NCBI GenBank assembly: GCA_963664395.2
Contig: OY761159.2
Coordinates: forward strand, 3,872,001-3,936,000
Length of the DNA stretch: 64,000 nt
Reading direction: 5' to 3'
Origin: Candidatus Binatia bacterium
Lineage (GTDB): Bacteria; Desulfobacterota; Binatia; Bin18
Shown: positions 10,162 through 22,613 of the stretch, one piece after another
Layout: each line of letters opens with the position of its first letter
Position numbering within the stretch: position 1 is the stretch's first letter
The notes under the pieces: model-generated
Databases searched by the model: none
What the model saw: only the letters and a program-made list of their open reading frames with translations
Told to the model about the DNA's origin: nothing
Translations under genes and position numbers: made by a program

Positions 10162-10236
10162 GGGTCAGTAGCTCGAATTGGATAGAGCACCGGACTCCAA
10201 ATCCGGGGGTTGCAGGTTCGAGTCCTGCCTGACCCG
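10162..10236 (+). tRNA. tRNA-Trp(CCA)
   Basis: GGGTCAG/CTGACCC acceptor, G73, CCGGA-CT-CCA-AA-TCCGG; 3' CCA not encoded. Confidence 0.96.
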
Positions 10237-10285
10237 TCTCTTTTGAGTAGGTGCGCTTCCTCTGGTGAGAGGAGATAGTTAGGAT

Positions 10286-10480
10286 ATGGGTGTGTTTGAG
10301 ACAGCACGGGCATATTGTCAAGAAGCGTGGGTAGAGACCAAGAAGGTCCATTGGCCGAGCCGCAAAGAGGTTCGCTCTGCGACGCTGGTTGTTCTCCTCC
10401 TTGTTGCAATCGTTGCGCTTTTCTTGTTCTCAGTAGACGCCGTACTGTCGTGGCTGTTTCGCTCGTTCCTTGGAAATTAA
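10286..10480 (+). CDS. secE: Preprotein translocase subunit SecE
   Basis: E.KKVHWPSRKE motif plus one TM helix, before nusG. Confidence 0.95.
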   Translation: MGVFETARAYCQEAWVETKKVHWPSRKEVRSATLVVLLLVAIVALFLFSVDAVLSWLFRSFLGN

Positions 10481-10506
10481 CTAGCGATATAAAGGGGCCT
10501 GAGGTT

Positions 10507-11046
10507 ATGGGCAAGCAATGGTATATCGTCCATACCTATTCTGGGTACGAACGCAAGGCGAAAGCCGCTTTAGAGGAACGTATTCGGACTCTGGGGAAGC
10601 AGGAAGCGTTCGGGGACGTTCTGGTACCAGAGGAGCAAGTTGTTGAGCTGGTAAAAGGAAGAAAGCGCACGTCGGCTCGGAAATTTTTCCCAGGGTACAT
10701 CCTCGTCCAGATGGAGATGAATGATGAGACTTGGCATGTTGTCAGGTCAACGCCGAAAGTGACTGGTTTTGTTGGCGGAGCAAATGACCCTCAGACCATT
10801 CCGTCAGTGTCGGAAGCTGAGGTTTCCGAAATTCATCAGCAAGTTGAAGAAGGAACCTTACGGCCTAAGCCAAAAATTTTATTTGAAACAGGAGAAGGCA
10901 TTAAGGTTGTGGATGGCCCCTTTCGGGATTTTACTGGTGTTGTTGAGGAAGTGAAGCCGGATAAAGGGAAGTTGCGCGTTTTGATCAGTATATTTGGTCG
11001 TGCAACTCCGGTTGAGCTTGATCTTGTCCAGGTTGAAAAAGCATAA
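10507..11046 (+). CDS. nusG: Transcription factor NusG
   Basis: WYIVHTYSGYE, FFPGY, TPKVTGFVG, KOW, IFGRATPVEL; ATG 10507 after GAGG. Confidence 0.98.
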   Translation: MGKQWYIVHTYSGYERKAKAALEERIRTLGKQEAFGDVLVPEEQVVELVKGRKRTSARKFFPGYILVQMEMNDETWHVVRSTPKVTGFVGGANDPQTIPSVSEAEVSEIHQQVEEGTLRPKPKILFETGEGIKVVDGPFRDFTGVVEEVKPDKGKLRVLISIFGRATPVELDLVQVEKA

Positions 11047-11062
11047 GTGGCGGTGAGAAACG

Positions 11063-11488
11063 ATGGCAAAGAAAATAGACACAACGATTAAACTTCAGAT
11101 CCCGGCCGGACAGGCGAATCCCAGTCCTCCCGTTGGTCCTGCCCTTGGGCAAAGGGGGGTCAATATCATGGAGTTCTGTAAAGCGTTCAATGCGAAAACT
11201 CAGGACCAACAAGGGTTGCTGACACCGGTTGTCATCACAGTCTACGCAGACCGGTCATTCTCCTTCATTACAAAGACGCCGCCGGCTTCTACGCTCCTGA
11301 AAAAGGCTGCCGGACTGGAAAAAGCCTCCAGTGAACCGGCGCGGCAGATGAAGGGCTCCGTTACTCGAAAACAGCTTGAAGAGATCGCAAAGACGAAGAT
11401 GCCGGATCTGAATGCGCAAGACCTCGAGGGCGCAATACGCATTGTTGCAGGGACGGCGCGCAGTATGGGACTTGAGGTGGTGAATTAA
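11063..11488 (+). CDS. rplK: 50S ribosomal protein L11
   Basis: [30 protein letters not shown]. Confidence 0.98.
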   Translation: MAKKIDTTIKLQIPAGQANPSPPVGPALGQRGVNIMEFCKAFNAKTQDQQGLLTPVVITVYADRSFSFITKTPPASTLLKKAAGLEKASSEPARQMKGSVTRKQLEEIAKTKMPDLNAQDLEGAIRIVAGTARSMGLEVVN

Positions 11489-11489
11489 T

Positions 11490-12188
11490 ATGGCTCGACA
11501 AAGTAAAAGCTATCGTTCTGCAGAGGAGAAGGTTGACCGGACCCATCGTTATCCTTTAGAGGAAGCTCTTGCCCTCGCAAGCGAGACGAAACGCGCCAAG
11601 TTTGATGAGAGTGTCGAACTCGCGGTCCGGCTCGGCGTTGACCCGAGGAAGGCCGATCAGAACATCCGTGGGACGGTTTTGCTTCCTCACGGAACCGGTA
11701 AATCAATATGTGTTGCCGTTTTCGCAAAAGGGGAGAAGGCTCAAGAGGCAAAGGAGGCGGGTGCTGATATTGTCGGCGGTGAAGAACTCGCAAAGCGGAT
11801 TAGCGATGAAGGATGGCTTGAGTTCGATAAGGCTGTTGCCACTCCAGACATGATGGGAGTTGTTGGGCGACTAGGAAAAATTCTCGGACCGCGAGGCATG
11901 ATGCCAAACCCAAAGGTTGGTACTGTGACGGTAGATATTGCCCAGGCGGTTCAAGACCTTAAAGGGGGGAAGGTCGAATATCGAGTTGACAAAGCTGGAA
12001 ATGTTCACGTTCCTATTGGTAAAGCGTCATTTGAAAAGGCGCAGCTCGTTGACAATGCTCAGTCTCTTCTTGAGAGCTTAGTGCGTGCGAAACCTGCCTC
12101 AGCAAAAGGCACATATCTAAAGAGTATTACTGTGAGTACCAGCATGGGACCAGGAGTCCGAGTCGACCCTGCCGGACCCTTCGGCTAA
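11490..12188 (+). CDS. rplA: 50S ribosomal protein L1
   Basis: [36 protein letters not shown]. Confidence 0.98.
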   Translation: MARQSKSYRSAEEKVDRTHRYPLEEALALASETKRAKFDESVELAVRLGVDPRKADQNIRGTVLLPHGTGKSICVAVFAKGEKAQEAKEAGADIVGGEELAKRISDEGWLEFDKAVATPDMMGVVGRLGKILGPRGMMPNPKVGTVTVDIAQAVQDLKGGKVEYRVDKAGNVHVPIGKASFEKAQLVDNAQSLLESLVRAKPASAKGTYLKSITVSTSMGPGVRVDPAGPFG

Positions 12189-12236
12189 GGCGAGGAAAAG
12201 CGACGCCATTCCTCTAGGTGAGACGAAAGATAAACG

Positions 12237-12758
12237 ATGGACCGACAAACAAAGGAAGAAACGGTTACTGATCTGCAGAATCGATTTGCTAGTGCGACTG
12301 CAGCAGTGGTGACTGAATGTAAAGGTTTAACAGTCGAAGATCTCAACAGCCTGCGGCGCGAGCTGCGCGAAGTGTCTGGAGAATATCGCGTTGCAAAGAA
12401 TACTCTCGTAGCGCTCGCTATTGATGGGACTCCGTACCTGTCCTTGAAAGAGCTCCTTTCTGGTCAGAATGGATTTGTCCTTGGATATGGTGATATCGTT
12501 GGGCTCACAAAGGTTGTTTCTCGCTATGCCTCTAAAAACGAGAAGTTTACTATTAAGGGTGGGGTCACAGAAGGGCAATTCCTTGAGACTGCAGGCATAG
12601 AGGAGTTAGCGACACTTCCAAGTCATGAGGCGCTCCAAGCGCAATTGTTAGGGATGCTCTCTCAACCTGCGACCCGTCTTGTTGGGGTGTTGTCTGCCCC
12701 TGGGGGCCAGCTCGCTCGATTACTGAATGAACGCATGTCCCAACTTAATTTAGACTAA
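12237..12758 (+). CDS. rplJ: 50S ribosomal protein L10
   Basis: GLTV..LRRELR..VAKNTL, LATLPS; position between rplA and rplL. Confidence 0.95.
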   Translation: MDRQTKEETVTDLQNRFASATAAVVTECKGLTVEDLNSLRRELREVSGEYRVAKNTLVALAIDGTPYLSLKELLSGQNGFVLGYGDIVGLTKVVSRYASKNEKFTIKGGVTEGQFLETAGIEELATLPSHEALQAQLLGMLSQPATRLVGVLSAPGGQLARLLNERMSQLNLD

Positions 12759-12788
12759 GTGGAAGTTACTTTCCTGAAGGAGGAATGT

Positions 12789-13181
12789 ATGGCTCTGACA
12801 GAAGAGAGGATAGATGAACTCATTACCACGCTTTCTGATCTCACGATTCTTGAAGCTTCCGATTTAGTAAAGAAGCTCGAAGAGAAATGGGGAGTCAGCG
12901 CGTCTGCCCCTGTTGTTGTTGTTGGGGGAGGACCTGGGGGTGATGCTGAACCTGCTGCGGCAGAGGAGAAGACCGACTTTGACGTTATCCTGACCGGTCC
13001 GGGCGAGAAAAAGATTCAGGTCATCAAGGTTGTCCGTGAATTGACAGGGCTCGGGCTCAAAGAAGCCAAGGGACTGGTGGACGGTGCGCCAAAGGCAGTG
13101 AAAGAGGGGGCGTCCAAGGAGGAAGCCGAAGAAATCAAAAACAAGCTGGAAGCGGCCGGGGGCTCAGTCGAGTTGCAGTAG
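12789..13181 (+). CDS. rplL: 50S ribosomal protein L7/L12
   Basis: [37 protein letters not shown]; ATG 12789 after AAGGAGG. Confidence 0.97.
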   Translation: MALTEERIDELITTLSDLTILEASDLVKKLEEKWGVSASAPVVVVGGGPGGDAEPAAAEEKTDFDVILTGPGEKKIQVIKVVRELTGLGLKEAKGLVDGAPKAVKEGASKEEAEEIKNKLEAAGGSVELQ

Positions 13182-13212
13182 AAACGGAGCGTTAGGGAGA
13201 GGGAGAGCATTT

Positions 13213-16200
13213 ATGGCTGATATGGCTGGAAATCTAGCGCATAACTTCCGTATTCGACGGTCCTTTGGTCATATCGAAAAAATCATCGAATTCCCACATC
13301 TGCTGGAAATTCAACGTCATTCATATGACGAATTTCTCCAGCGGCTGCTCACCGCTGACCGGAGGACCGATGCCGGACTCCAAGGGGTTTTTCGGTCTGT
13401 TTTTCCGATTAAGGACTTCAACGAGACGGCGTCACTTGAGTTTGTGAATTATACACTTGGAGAGCCAAAATACTCAGTCGAAGAGTGTCACCAAAGAGGG
13501 ATGACGTATGCTGCCCCTCTCAAAGTCACAATTCAGCTTGTTTTATGGGATGTTGATTCGAGTAGCGGCGCTCGAACGATCAAAAACGTAAAAGAGCAGG
13601 AAGTCTACTTTGGCGAGGTCCCTTTAATGACCACTCATGGCACATTCATGATCAACGGGACTGAGCGTGTTATTGTGAGTCAGCTCCACCGGTCCCCTGG
13701 GGTCTTTTTTGATCATGATAAGGGAAAAACGCACGCGAGTGGGAAATTACTCTACTCTGCGCGCGTCATTCCATACCGTGGGTCTTGGATCGATTTTGAG
13801 TTTGACCCAAAAGACATTCTGTATGTCCGGATTGACCGCCGCCGCAAGTTTCACGCAACCGTACTCTTACGGGCGTTGGGTATGTCAACCGAGGATTTGC
13901 TGAATTATTTCTACCGAAGGGATACTATCTTTCTCAGTAGAAAGGGTGGACAAACGCCAGCAAAGGCTTTTCTGCCCGACCATCTCCTCGGTATGCGGGC
14001 AACGCAGGACGTTCGCAACCCTGAAACAGGTGACTTGTTAGTGAAGGAAGGACGGAAGTTCACCCGCGGGGCGCTGAGACAGTTAGAGGCGGCTGGTCTT
14101 GAGCGTATACCCATCACCGCAGAGGAAATTATTGGTCGTGTGGCTGCACGCGATATTATCGATCCCTCGACACAAGAAGTACTCGTACAATGTAATGAGG
14201 AGATTTCGCAGGAACAAGTTGATCTTCTCATTGAGCGTGGCGTGCACCAGTTTGAAGTCTTGTTCATTGACGATGCGCATACAGGCTCTTCGCTTCGCAA
14301 TACACTCCTCCAAGACAAGGTCACTTCTTCAGCCGAAGCGATGATTGAGGTCTATCGACGTCTGCGCCCTGGCGATCCACCGACCAGCGAGGCTTCCACG
14401 TCGTTTTTTCACAACCTGTTCTTCAATCCCGAGCGGTATAATCTCTCCCGAGTGGGGCGTCTGAAGCTCAACCATAAGCTTGGGATAACGGCTCCTCTGG
14501 ACCAGGGTACCTTGCGCGGTGAAGATATCTTAGAGACCGTTCGCTACGTAGTCGAACTCAAAAATGGCAATGGCGTCGTTGATGATATTGACCACTTAGG
14601 AAATCGTCGTGTCCGTGCGGTCGGCGAGCTCGTCGAAAACCAGTTTCGTATTGGCTTAGTACGGATGGAGCGGGCGGTGAAAGAGCGGATGAGTCTCCAG
14701 GATGTTGAGACGTTAATGCCGCAAGAATTGGTCAATTATAAGCCGGTTTCAGCAGCTCTCAAGGAATTTTTCGGGTCGAGCCAGCTCTCCCAGTTCATGG
14801 ACCAAACGAATCCGTTGTCGGAGGTAACGCACAAGCGGCGGCTTTCCGCGCTAGGGCCTGGCGGGCTGACGCGGGAACGTGCTGGCTTTGAGGTGCGTGA
14901 CGTTCACCCTACTCACTATGGCCGCGTCTGTCCTATCGAAACACCGGAAGGGCCAAATATTGGGCTGATTTCAAGTCTTTCAACATATGCTCGTGTCAAT
15001 GAGTTTGGGTTCATTGAGACGCCCTATCGGACAGTGGAAAGTGGACGAGTCACTGAGAAGGTCCACTATTTATCTGCCTTAGAGGAAGAGAGTCAGACAA
15101 TCGCGCAGGCGAACGCGCCGGTCGATGCAACAGGCAATTTTGTCAACCCATTGGTCTCTGCCCGACTTGGTGGGGAGTTTGTGATGGTGCAACCTGACCA
15201 AGTCCAGCTCATGGATATATCTCCCACTCAGCTGGTCAGTGTTGCCGCCGCCCTGATCCCTTTCCTGGAACATGATGATGCCAACCGGGCACTGATGGGG
15301 TCTAATATGCAGCGGCAGGCTGTACCCTTGCTGCGGACGGAAGCCCCGCTTGTTGGAACTGGAATGGAGCAGATTGTGGCCCGAGATTCCGGGGCTACCC
15401 TTATCGCTCAGCGTGACGGAATTGTTGAGAGTGTGGATTCCACTCGGGTGGTGATTAAAGCCGAATCGCATACCACACCGGGAGACGTTGGTGTTGACAT
15501 GTATAGTCTCACGAAATACCAACGCTCTAACCAAAATACGTGTATTAACCAACGGCCTATTGTTCAGATTGGTGATCGGGTAGAGGAGGGCGATGTCATT
15601 GCTGATGGCCCAGCTACAGAAATGGGAGAACTCGCGCTAGGGAGAAACGTCCTGGTCGCGTTTATGATCTGGGGGGGCTATAACTTCGAGGATTCTATCC
15701 TGGTGAGTGAGCGACTGATTCGCGACGATGTTTTTACATCGGTCCATATTGAAGAGTTTGAATGTGTCGCTCGGGACACAAAACTCGGCCCAGAGGAAAT
15801 CACCCAAGACATTCCGAATGTTGGAGAAGAAGCACTCAAGGATCTTGACGAGAGTGGCATTGTCAGAATCGGCGCCGAAGTGAGGCCGGGCGATATTCTC
15901 GTTGGCAAAATAACGCCCAAGGGAGAGACTCAACTTTCTCCAGAAGAGAAACTGCTCCGAGCAATTTTTGGTGAAAAAGCCGGAGAGGTTCGTGATACCT
16001 CGCTCCGTGTTCCCCCTGGGGTCGAAGGCGCGGTGATTGATGTCCGCGTGTTCTCACGTAAAGGCGTCACCAAGGACGAGCGTAGCCAGTATCTCGAAGA
16101 GGCCGAGATTCAGCGGCTCCAACAAGATCGGGATGAAGAGATCCGCATTATCCAAGACAGTACGCGCGGAAAGATCAAGCAATTGTTGGTCGGAAAGACG

Positions 16201-17343
16201 GCAACGATGCGGGTCAGTGACGATGATTCTCGACGCGTAGTCATAGCGAAAGGGCAGGAGATTACAGAAGAGCTGCTGGACACACTGTCAGCTCAGTTGT
16301 GGAGCAGGGTCCGAGTGGAAGACGAGGCGGTAGAGGAGGAGATACGAAAGACGACGGATTCTCTCGCCGACCGTGTCGGCTCTATCCGCGGAGAATGCGA
16401 AAGAAAAATCGAGAGACTCAAGAGTGGAGACGAGTTGCCCCCTGGGATTATCAAGATGGTGAAGGTCTTTGTCGCCATAAAACGCCGCCTCCAAGTTGGT
16501 GACAAGATGGCTGGGCGACACGGGAACAAGGGGGTCCTGTCTCGGATTCTACCAGAAGAGGACATGCCGTATCTTGAGGATGGCACTCCGGTCGATGTTG
16601 TCCTCAACCCTCTGGGGGTGCCCTCTCGTATGAATGTTGGGCAAATTCTGGAAACCCATCTGGGTTGGGCGATGCAGTCCCTTGGCCGGCAGATCGGGAA
16701 CGATGCAGAGGAAGATGGAAAAGCTGCTGCCGACAGTCTCCGTGCGCGGCTCAAGGACCTCGCTCGTTCAACCGATGTTTCTCGACTTATTGATGGACTC
16801 TCGGGGGCCGAGGTCAAAGAGCTGGCCGGTCGATCGAAGCACGGCTCTCACGTTGCGACTCCGGTCTTTGATGGTGCCCCGGAGGCGGAGATTTTCTCTT
16901 TGCTTGCGCAGGCAGGCCTTCCCGATACCGGGCAGACGACGCTCTACGATGGGCGAACAGGAGAACCTTTCAGCCAGCCAGTGACCGTCGGTGTAATGTA
17001 TATCTTAAAACTGCACCACCTTGTTGAAGATAAGATTCACGCACGATCAACTGGACCCTACTCCCTTGTGACGCAACAGCCTCTTGGTGGAAAAGCGCAA
17101 TTTGGGGGACAACGGCTTGGAGAAATGGAAGTGTGGGCACTTGAAGCCTATGGTGCCGCGTACAGCTTGCAAGAGATGCTCACGGTAAAATCGGACGATG
17201 TTGCCGGTCGAACTCGTATGTATGAAGCGATTGTAAAGGGAGAAAATATCCTGGAACCTGGATTGCCTGAGTCGTTCAATGTGATGATCCGCGAGCTCCA
17301 GAGTCTGGCGCTCAATGTCGAACTGATTGAAGAAACTGAATAA
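13213..17343 (+). CDS. rpoB: RNA polymerase beta subunit
   Basis: [58 protein letters not shown]. Confidence 0.99.
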   Translation: MADMAGNLAHNFRIRRSFGHIEKIIEFPHLLEIQRHSYDEFLQRLLTADRRTDAGLQGVFRSVFPIKDFNETASLEFVNYTLGEPKYSVEECHQRGMTYAAPLKVTIQLVLWDVDSSSGARTIKNVKEQEVYFGEVPLMTTHGTFMINGTERVIVSQLHRSPGVFFDHDKGKTHASGKLLYSARVIPYRGSWIDFEFDPKDILYVRIDRRRKFHATVLLRALGMSTEDLLNYFYRRDTIFLSRKGGQTPAKAFLPDHLLGMRATQDVRNPETGDLLVKEGRKFTRGALRQLEAAGLERIPITAEEIIGRVAARDIIDPSTQEVLVQCNEEISQEQVDLLIERGVHQFEVLFIDDAHTGSSLRNTLLQDKVTSSAEAMIEVYRRLRPGDPPTSEASTSFFHNLFFNPERYNLSRVGRLKLNHKLGITAPLDQGTLRGEDILETVRYVVELKNGNGVVDDIDHLGNRRVRAVGELVENQFRIGLVRMERAVKERMSLQDVETLMPQELVNYKPVSAALKEFFGSSQLSQFMDQTNPLSEVTHKRRLSALGPGGLTRERAGFEVRDVHPTHYGRVCPIETPEGPNIGLISSLSTYARVNEFGFIETPYRTVESGRVTEKVHYLSALEEESQTIAQANAPVDATGNFVNPLVSARLGGEFVMVQPDQVQLMDISPTQLVSVAAALIPFLEHDDANRALMGSNMQRQAVPLLRTEAPLVGTGMEQIVARDSGATLIAQRDGIVESVDSTRVVIKAESHTTPGDVGVDMYSLTKYQRSNQNTCINQRPIVQIGDRVEEGDVIADGPATEMGELALGRNVLVAFMIWGGYNFEDSILVSERLIRDDVFTSVHIEEFECVARDTKLGPEEITQDIPNVGEEALKDLDESGIVRIGAEVRPGDILVGKITPKGETQLSPEEKLLRAIFGEKAGEVRDTSLRVPPGVEGAVIDVRVFSRKGVTKDERSQYLEEAEIQRLQQDRDEEIRIIQDSTRGKIKQLLVGKTATMRVSDDDSRRVVIAKGQEITEELLDTLSAQLWSRVRVEDEAVEEEIRKTTDSLADRVGSIRGECERKIERLKSGDELPPGIIKMVKVFVAIKRRLQVGDKMAGRHGNKGVLSRILPEEDMPYLEDGTPVDVVLNPLGVPSRMNVGQILETHLGWAMQSLGRQIGNDAEEDGKAAADSLRARLKDLARSTDVSRLIDGLSGAEVKELAGRSKHGSHVATPVFDGAPEAEIFSLLAQAGLPDTGQTTLYDGRTGEPFSQPVTVGVMYILKLHHLVEDKIHARSTGPYSLVTQQPLGGKAQFGGQRLGEMEVWALEAYGAAYSLQEMLTVKSDDVAGRTRMYEAIVKGENILEPGLPESFNVMIRELQSLALNVELIEETE

Positions 17344-17360
17344 GGTGAGGTGAGGACAAA

Positions 17361-20300
17361 ATGGAAGATTTTCTGGGTCTTTTTGAAAAACCCCAAAATC
17401 CGCTCCGTTTTAATGCGATCCAGGTCTCGTTGGCATCTGCTGATATGGTCCGCTCTTGGTCCCATGGTGAGGTCAAGAAGCCTGAAACCATAAATTACCG
17501 AACTTTTAAGCCTGAGCGCGACGGGCTTTTTTGTGCGAAAATATTCGGGCCAACCAAAGACTATGAATGCAATTGTGGCAAATACAAACGTATGCGCCAT
17601 AGAGGCGTCGTCTGCGAGAAGTGCGGGGTTGAGGTCATTCAGTCGAAAGTCCGTCGTGAACGAATGGGCCATATTGACCTTGCCAGTCCAGTGGCACACA
17701 TTTGGTTTTTGAAGAGCCTCCCCAGCCGGATTGGGACACTCATGGATATGCCGCTCAAAGAGCTTGAGCGTGTTCTATACTTCGAGTCCTATATCGTTCT
17801 CGATCCGGGTGAAACCCCGCTCAAGAAAAAAGAACTATTGAGTGAGGTCCGTTATCGGCAAGCGGTTGAGGAGTTTGGTCCGGGTAGCTTCCGAGCAGGA
17901 ATGGGTGCAGAAGCGGCCCGTGAGTTATTGCAAGACTTTGATCTGGAGCAGCTGGCGCGGGAGCTCCAGGTTGAAATGGTTGACACATCGAGCGAAGCCC
18001 GGCGGAAGAAAGCTGCGAAACGCTTGAAGGTCGTCAATGCCTTTCGTCACTCCAGCAACCATCCGGAAGAGATGATTCTGGAAGTCATTCCTGTCATTCC
18101 GCCCGACCTACGTCCCCTCGTCCCGCTCGATGGGGGACGCTTTGCGACTTCTGATCTGAATGACCTGTATCGTCGGGTTATTAATCGGAATAACCGTCTC
18201 AAACGACTCATAGAGCTGAGCGCTCCGGATATTATTATCCGCAATGAGAAGCGCATGCTTCAGGAAGCAGTTGATGCCCTCTTTGATAACGGTCGCCGTG
18301 GCCGACCACTCACCGGTCCCAATAAACGTCCACTCAAATCCTTGTCTGACATGTTGAAAGGAAAAGGGGGGCGTTTTCGTCAAAATCTTCTTGGGAAGCG
18401 AGTAGATTATTCAGGTCGTTCAGTCATTGTTGTTGGGCCGGAATTGCGTCTCCATCAATGTGGTTTGCCGAAATATATGGCTTTGGAATTGTTCAAACCC
18501 TTCATTTACAACAAGCTTGAGGAGCGCGGTTACACAACGACGATCAAGAGTGCCAAAAAGATGGTCGAAAGTGAACGGCCAGAAGTCTGGGATATCCTAG
18601 ATGAAGTGATTCGCGAGCACCCAGTCCTCCTGAACCGAGCTCCGACACTGCACCGGCTCGGCATCCAAGCCTTTGAACCAATCCTTATTGACGGAAAGGC
18701 AATTCAACTGCACCCCCTCGTCTGCATGGCCTATAACGCCGACTTTGACGGCGACCAAATGGCCGTGCATATCCCGCTGTCAGTTGAGGCACAGGTTGAA
18801 GCGCGCAGCTTGATGATGTCGACCAATAATATTCTTTCTCCTGCGAATGGCCGGGCGGTGATTGCCCCAACTCAGGATATGGTTCTGGGGTTGTATTCCA
18901 TGACGCGGCACCGCGCCGGAGCCTTAGGGGAAGGGAAAACGTTTGGTCATCCAGAAGAAGTTCGTATAGCCTACGATCAAGGCGCGGTCGATTTGCAGGC
19001 AAAGGTCATTGTGCGCCTGGATGGTGAACGGGTCGAAACGACAGTTGGCCGTATCTTGCTGGCTGAAATTGCACCGCCTGAGATTCCCTTTTCAGATATG
19101 AACCGGGTGATGAAGAAAAAAGAGCTCGGTGCCTTGATTGATGCGGCCTTTTTGAAAGCGGGAAACAAGGCCACCGTGATTTTCGCGGACCGTTTGAAAG
19201 ATCTTGGATTCGAGTATGCCACTCGGGCTGGAATATCAATTGGAATCAAGGACATGGTGATTCCGAAAGAAAAAGGCCCTCTCTTGGACAAAGCCCAAAA
19301 GGCCCTGCAGGAGATTCAAGACCAATATACAAAAGGTCTGATTACGGATGGTGAGCGTCATAATAAGGTTATTGATACCTGGGCATCAGTCACCGATGAC
19401 GCGGCCAATGAGATGTTCAGAGGACTCCAAGAGGACAGAGCCGGGTTTAGCCCTATCTATATGATGGCGGACTCTGGATCGCGTGGGAGTGCTCAGCAAA
19501 TTCGCCAGCTGGCGGGTATGCGCGGATTAATGGCAAAGCCATCGGGGGAAATCATCGAAACGCCGATCACTGCCAACTTCCGTGAAGGACTCTCCGTGCT
19601 TCAGTACTTCATCTCAACACACGGGGCGCGGAAAGGTTTAGCTGATACCGCACTCAAGACGGCTAATTCTGGCTATCTGACCCGACGGCTTGTTGATGTG
19701 GCTCAGGACTCAATCGTGAGCGAAGAAGACTGTGGCACGATTGATGGCATCGAGATGACCCCTTTGGTTGAGGGTGGGGAAATAATAGAAGGCCTTGGCG
19801 AGCGTGTCCTGGGACGTGTTGCCCTCGACGATATTCGTGATCCTTTTACCCAAGAAGTTATTGTTCGCGCAAACGAAGAAATTGACGAAGACCGTGTCAC
19901 GCGCATCGAAGAAGCCGGGATTGAGCGTGTATGGATACGGTCTGCTCTGACCTGTACGACCAGGCGAGGCATATGTGGGCGGTGCTATGGTCGGGATCTT
20001 GCCCGTGGACGGATAGTGCACTTGGGAGAGGCCGTTGGCATTATTGCTGCGCAGTCAATTGGTGAGCCAGGCACCCAACTGACAATGCGGACGTTCCACA
20101 TCGGTGGGACGGCGAGTCGACGAGCCGAGCAAACGACCCTGACGGTTCGCAACGAAGGGGTCCTTCACTATAACAACCTTAAGACCGTGGTTGACCGGGA
20201 TGGTGATTTGGTCGTGATGAACCGGAACGGGGAGGTTGCTGTTGCTGAGATCCTAGAGCCGGGACGGGAGCGTGAAAGAGAACGCTATCCCATCGTCTAT

Positions 20301-21458
20301 GGTGCAAAGCTGAAAAGGAAAGATGGCGCAAAGGTGAAAACCAATGACTTAATCGCGGAATGGGATCCCTATACGTTCCCGATTCTGACCGAGGTCAGCG
20401 GTGAGGTAAAATTCGGTGATATCGACGACAGGACCATGCAGGAAAAAGTGGATGAGCGGACGGGTTTATCCACGCGCGTCATTATTGAATTCCGAGACCC
20501 GAATATGCGTCCACGGGTGTCAATCAAAGATGAGAGTGGCAAGACGGCCAAGCTGTCGAACGGGTTGGATGCCCGCTATCTCCTCCCTGTTGGTGCCAAT
20601 ATTAATGTGCGCGCGGGTCAACGCGTCGAAGCAGGGGATGTGCTCGCAAAGATCCCACGAGAAACCACAAAAACAAAGGATATCACTGGTGGATTGCCTC
20701 GGGTTGCCGAGCTCTTTGAGGCACGCAAGCCGAAAGGGTTCGCCGTTATCAGTGAGATTGAAGGGGCCGTCTCTTTTGGTAAGGATACAAAAGGGAAAAG
20801 GAAGGTATTGATTACTCCTGAGGTTGGCGAAGCGCGGGAGTATCTCATTCCTCGGGGAAAACACATCAGCGTGCGAGAAGGCGATTATGTTCGGCCAGGA
20901 GAGCCGCTGATGGCCGGCTCCTCAAATCCCCATGATATCCTTGGCGTTCTCGGAGAACGCGAGCTCGCAAAGTCTCTCGTGGACGCGATCCAAGAAATAT
21001 ATCGTCTCCAGGGGGTGCGCATCCATGATAAGCATATCGAAGTGATTGTGAGACAAATGATGCGGCGCGTTCTCGTGACCGAAGTCGGAGATTCTCATTT
21101 CTTAATTGGCGAGCAAGTAGAGAAGTGGCGTTTCCAAGAAGAGACTGAACGTGTGCTGTCTGATGGAGGGACTCCACCAGAAGCGAAATCGCTCTTGATG
21201 GGAATTACAAAGGCGAGTCTCTCAACGGATAGTTTTATCTCAGCCGCTTCGTTCCAAGAAACGACAAAGGTGCTGACGGAAGCGGCCATTAACGGCAAAG
21301 TAGATCACCTGCTGGGACTTAAAGAAAATGTCATTATGGGCCGGCTCATTCCTGCTGGGACAGGAACTCCGAGTTACACGCAGCTGACTGCCGGGAGCCC
21401 AGAGGCTGTGCCTGAGGAAGAAGAGCCTTTGCCAATTTCCCAAGTGCTCGAAGCATAG
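17361..21458 (+). CDS. rpoC: RNA polymerase beta' subunit
   Basis: KPETINYRT, zinc finger, catalytic NADFDGD, trigger loop with a large proteobacterial-type insertion. Confidence 0.99.
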   Translation: MEDFLGLFEKPQNPLRFNAIQVSLASADMVRSWSHGEVKKPETINYRTFKPERDGLFCAKIFGPTKDYECNCGKYKRMRHRGVVCEKCGVEVIQSKVRRERMGHIDLASPVAHIWFLKSLPSRIGTLMDMPLKELERVLYFESYIVLDPGETPLKKKELLSEVRYRQAVEEFGPGSFRAGMGAEAARELLQDFDLEQLARELQVEMVDTSSEARRKKAAKRLKVVNAFRHSSNHPEEMILEVIPVIPPDLRPLVPLDGGRFATSDLNDLYRRVINRNNRLKRLIELSAPDIIIRNEKRMLQEAVDALFDNGRRGRPLTGPNKRPLKSLSDMLKGKGGRFRQNLLGKRVDYSGRSVIVVGPELRLHQCGLPKYMALELFKPFIYNKLEERGYTTTIKSAKKMVESERPEVWDILDEVIREHPVLLNRAPTLHRLGIQAFEPILIDGKAIQLHPLVCMAYNADFDGDQMAVHIPLSVEAQVEARSLMMSTNNILSPANGRAVIAPTQDMVLGLYSMTRHRAGALGEGKTFGHPEEVRIAYDQGAVDLQAKVIVRLDGERVETTVGRILLAEIAPPEIPFSDMNRVMKKKELGALIDAAFLKAGNKATVIFADRLKDLGFEYATRAGISIGIKDMVIPKEKGPLLDKAQKALQEIQDQYTKGLITDGERHNKVIDTWASVTDDAANEMFRGLQEDRAGFSPIYMMADSGSRGSAQQIRQLAGMRGLMAKPSGEIIETPITANFREGLSVLQYFISTHGARKGLADTALKTANSGYLTRRLVDVAQDSIVSEEDCGTIDGIEMTPLVEGGEIIEGLGERVLGRVALDDIRDPFTQEVIVRANEEIDEDRVTRIEEAGIERVWIRSALTCTTRRGICGRCYGRDLARGRIVHLGEAVGIIAAQSIGEPGTQLTMRTFHIGGTASRRAEQTTLTVRNEGVLHYNNLKTVVDRDGDLVVMNRNGEVAVAEILEPGRERERERYPIVYGAKLKRKDGAKVKTNDLIAEWDPYTFPILTEVSGEVKFGDIDDRTMQEKVDERTGLSTRVIIEFRDPNMRPRVSIKDESGKTAKLSNGLDARYLLPVGANINVRAGQRVEAGDVLAKIPRETTKTKDITGGLPRVAELFEARKPKGFAVISEIEGAVSFGKDTKGKRKVLITPEVGEAREYLIPRGKHISVREGDYVRPGEPLMAGSSNPHDILGVLGERELAKSLVDAIQEIYRLQGVRIHDKHIEVIVRQMMRRVLVTEVGDSHFLIGEQVEKWRFQEETERVLSDGGTPPEAKSLLMGITKASLSTDSFISAASFQETTKVLTEAAINGKVDHLLGLKENVIMGRLIPAGTGTPSYTQLTAGSPEAVPEEEEPLPISQVLEA

Positions 21459-21491
21459 GGAACGGAAGGCCGAGTGTCGTAAGGAGGATGA

Positions 21492-21863
21492 ATGCCTACA
21501 GTTCAGCAACTGGTACGAAAAGGAAGAGAACAACAACGCAGAAAAGTGACCGCTCCGGCTTTGCAAGCCTGCCCCCAACGGCGAGGAGTGTGTACTCGAG
21601 TTTATACGACGACTCCGAAAAAGCCGAATTCAGCCTTGAGAAAGGTCGCCCGTGTTCGACTGACCAACGGTATTGAGGTGACAGCTTATATCCCAGGAAT
21701 AGGGCATAATCTGCAGGAACATTCGGTTGTGCTCATCCGTGGCGGTCGAGTCAAGGACTTACCTGGCGTCCGGTATCATATTATACGTGGCACTCTTGAC
21801 TCTATCGGTGTTCAGGAGCGAAGGCAGGGACGGTCAAAATACGGCGCAAAGAAGCCAAAGTAA
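21492..21863 (+). CDS. rpsL: 30S ribosomal protein S12
   Basis: [24 protein letters not shown]. Confidence 0.99.
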   Translation: MPTVQQLVRKGREQQRRKVTAPALQACPQRRGVCTRVYTTTPKKPNSALRKVARVRLTNGIEVTAYIPGIGHNLQEHSVVLIRGGRVKDLPGVRYHIIRGTLDSIGVQERRQGRSKYGAKKPK

Positions 21864-21878
21864 GCGAGAGGGAGCAGC

Positions 21879-22349
21879 ATGCCACGTAAAGGACCTGCCG
21901 CACGACGCGAGATCACACCAGATCCGAAGTACCACGACGTGAGTGTCTCAAAATTCGTCAATATGATGATGCTCGATGGAGAAAAGGGAAAGGTCGAGAA
22001 GATCATATACGGAGCAATGGACCTGATCCAGCAAAGAACCGGGGAGGGGGCGCTTGAGGTTTTTAAGCGCGCATTGGAAAATATAAAACCCCTTGTTGAG
22101 GTTCGGTCACGCCGAGTTGGTGGCGCGACGTACCAGGTGCCGATTGAAGTACGCCAAGTTCGGCGGAATTCTCTGGCTATGCGCTGGCTTGTCCAATCTT
22201 CCAGGCAGCGGTCGGAAAAGAGTATGGAAGAGAGGCTGGCTGGTGAACTCTTTGAAGCGTCTCAGAATCGAGGCGGTGCTGTGAAGAAACGTGAAGATAC
22301 GCATCGCATGGCGGAGGCGAATAAAGCATTTGCCCATTATCGCTGGTAA
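21879..22349 (+). CDS. rpsG: 30S ribosomal protein S7
   Basis: [26 protein letters not shown]. Confidence 0.99.
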   Translation: MPRKGPAARREITPDPKYHDVSVSKFVNMMMLDGEKGKVEKIIYGAMDLIQQRTGEGALEVFKRALENIKPLVEVRSRRVGGATYQVPIEVRQVRRNSLAMRWLVQSSRQRSEKSMEERLAGELFEASQNRGGAVKKREDTHRMAEANKAFAHYRW

Positions 22350-22415
22350 TAAAGATATGTATGTACTCAGCTGCTTTTTTTATATTTTGATCAAATATGA
22401 ACGCCACTGGTGACC

Positions 22416-22580
22416 ATGAGGAAAGAGCAGAAGGGGAACGGTCCTGGACATCTATTGATGCAGGCGGTTGACTCTTCTGAAATAGCATTTAGAATTGCGA
22501 ACTCCAGAATAAAGCGGTATGCCAGATAGTTGGCTTCTGCTTCGAGGACGAGCCCCAACGATGAAGTGGTCGTACGGCCC
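22416..22580 (+). pseudogene. fusA: Eroded relic of elongation factor G (domain IV/V junction)
   Basis: At the exact fusA position, frame 22416-22529 reads MRKEQKGNGPGHLLMQAVDSSEIAFRIANSRIKRYAR (EF-G consensus ..GP.AGYP..HxVDSSEMAFKIA); frameshifted E-P / M-K / V-V-V-R-P follows at 22550-22580 (consensus LEPIMKVEVxTP). Confidence 0.8.
22468..22495 (+). promoter_or_regulatory. Putative sigma70 promoter for tuf-S10 operon inside the fusA relic
   Basis: TTGACT (22468-73), 16 bp spacer, TAGAAT (22490-95); both hexamers match 5/6 of consensus. Confidence 0.65.
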
Positions 22581-22613
22581 CTCTCTATTCATACGTAGAC
22601 ATTTTTATCGCGA

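Noticed and set aside
3935-10285. Prophage or island integrated at a tRNA gene
   Set aside because: No integrase, no duplicated tRNA 3' end, and all flanking genes are core.
14760-14870. Rifampicin-resistance allele in rpoB (and streptomycin allele in rpsL)
   Set aside because: Cluster I reads [26 protein letters not shown] and S12 keeps PKKPNS and RVKDLP, which are the usual sensitive-type residues.
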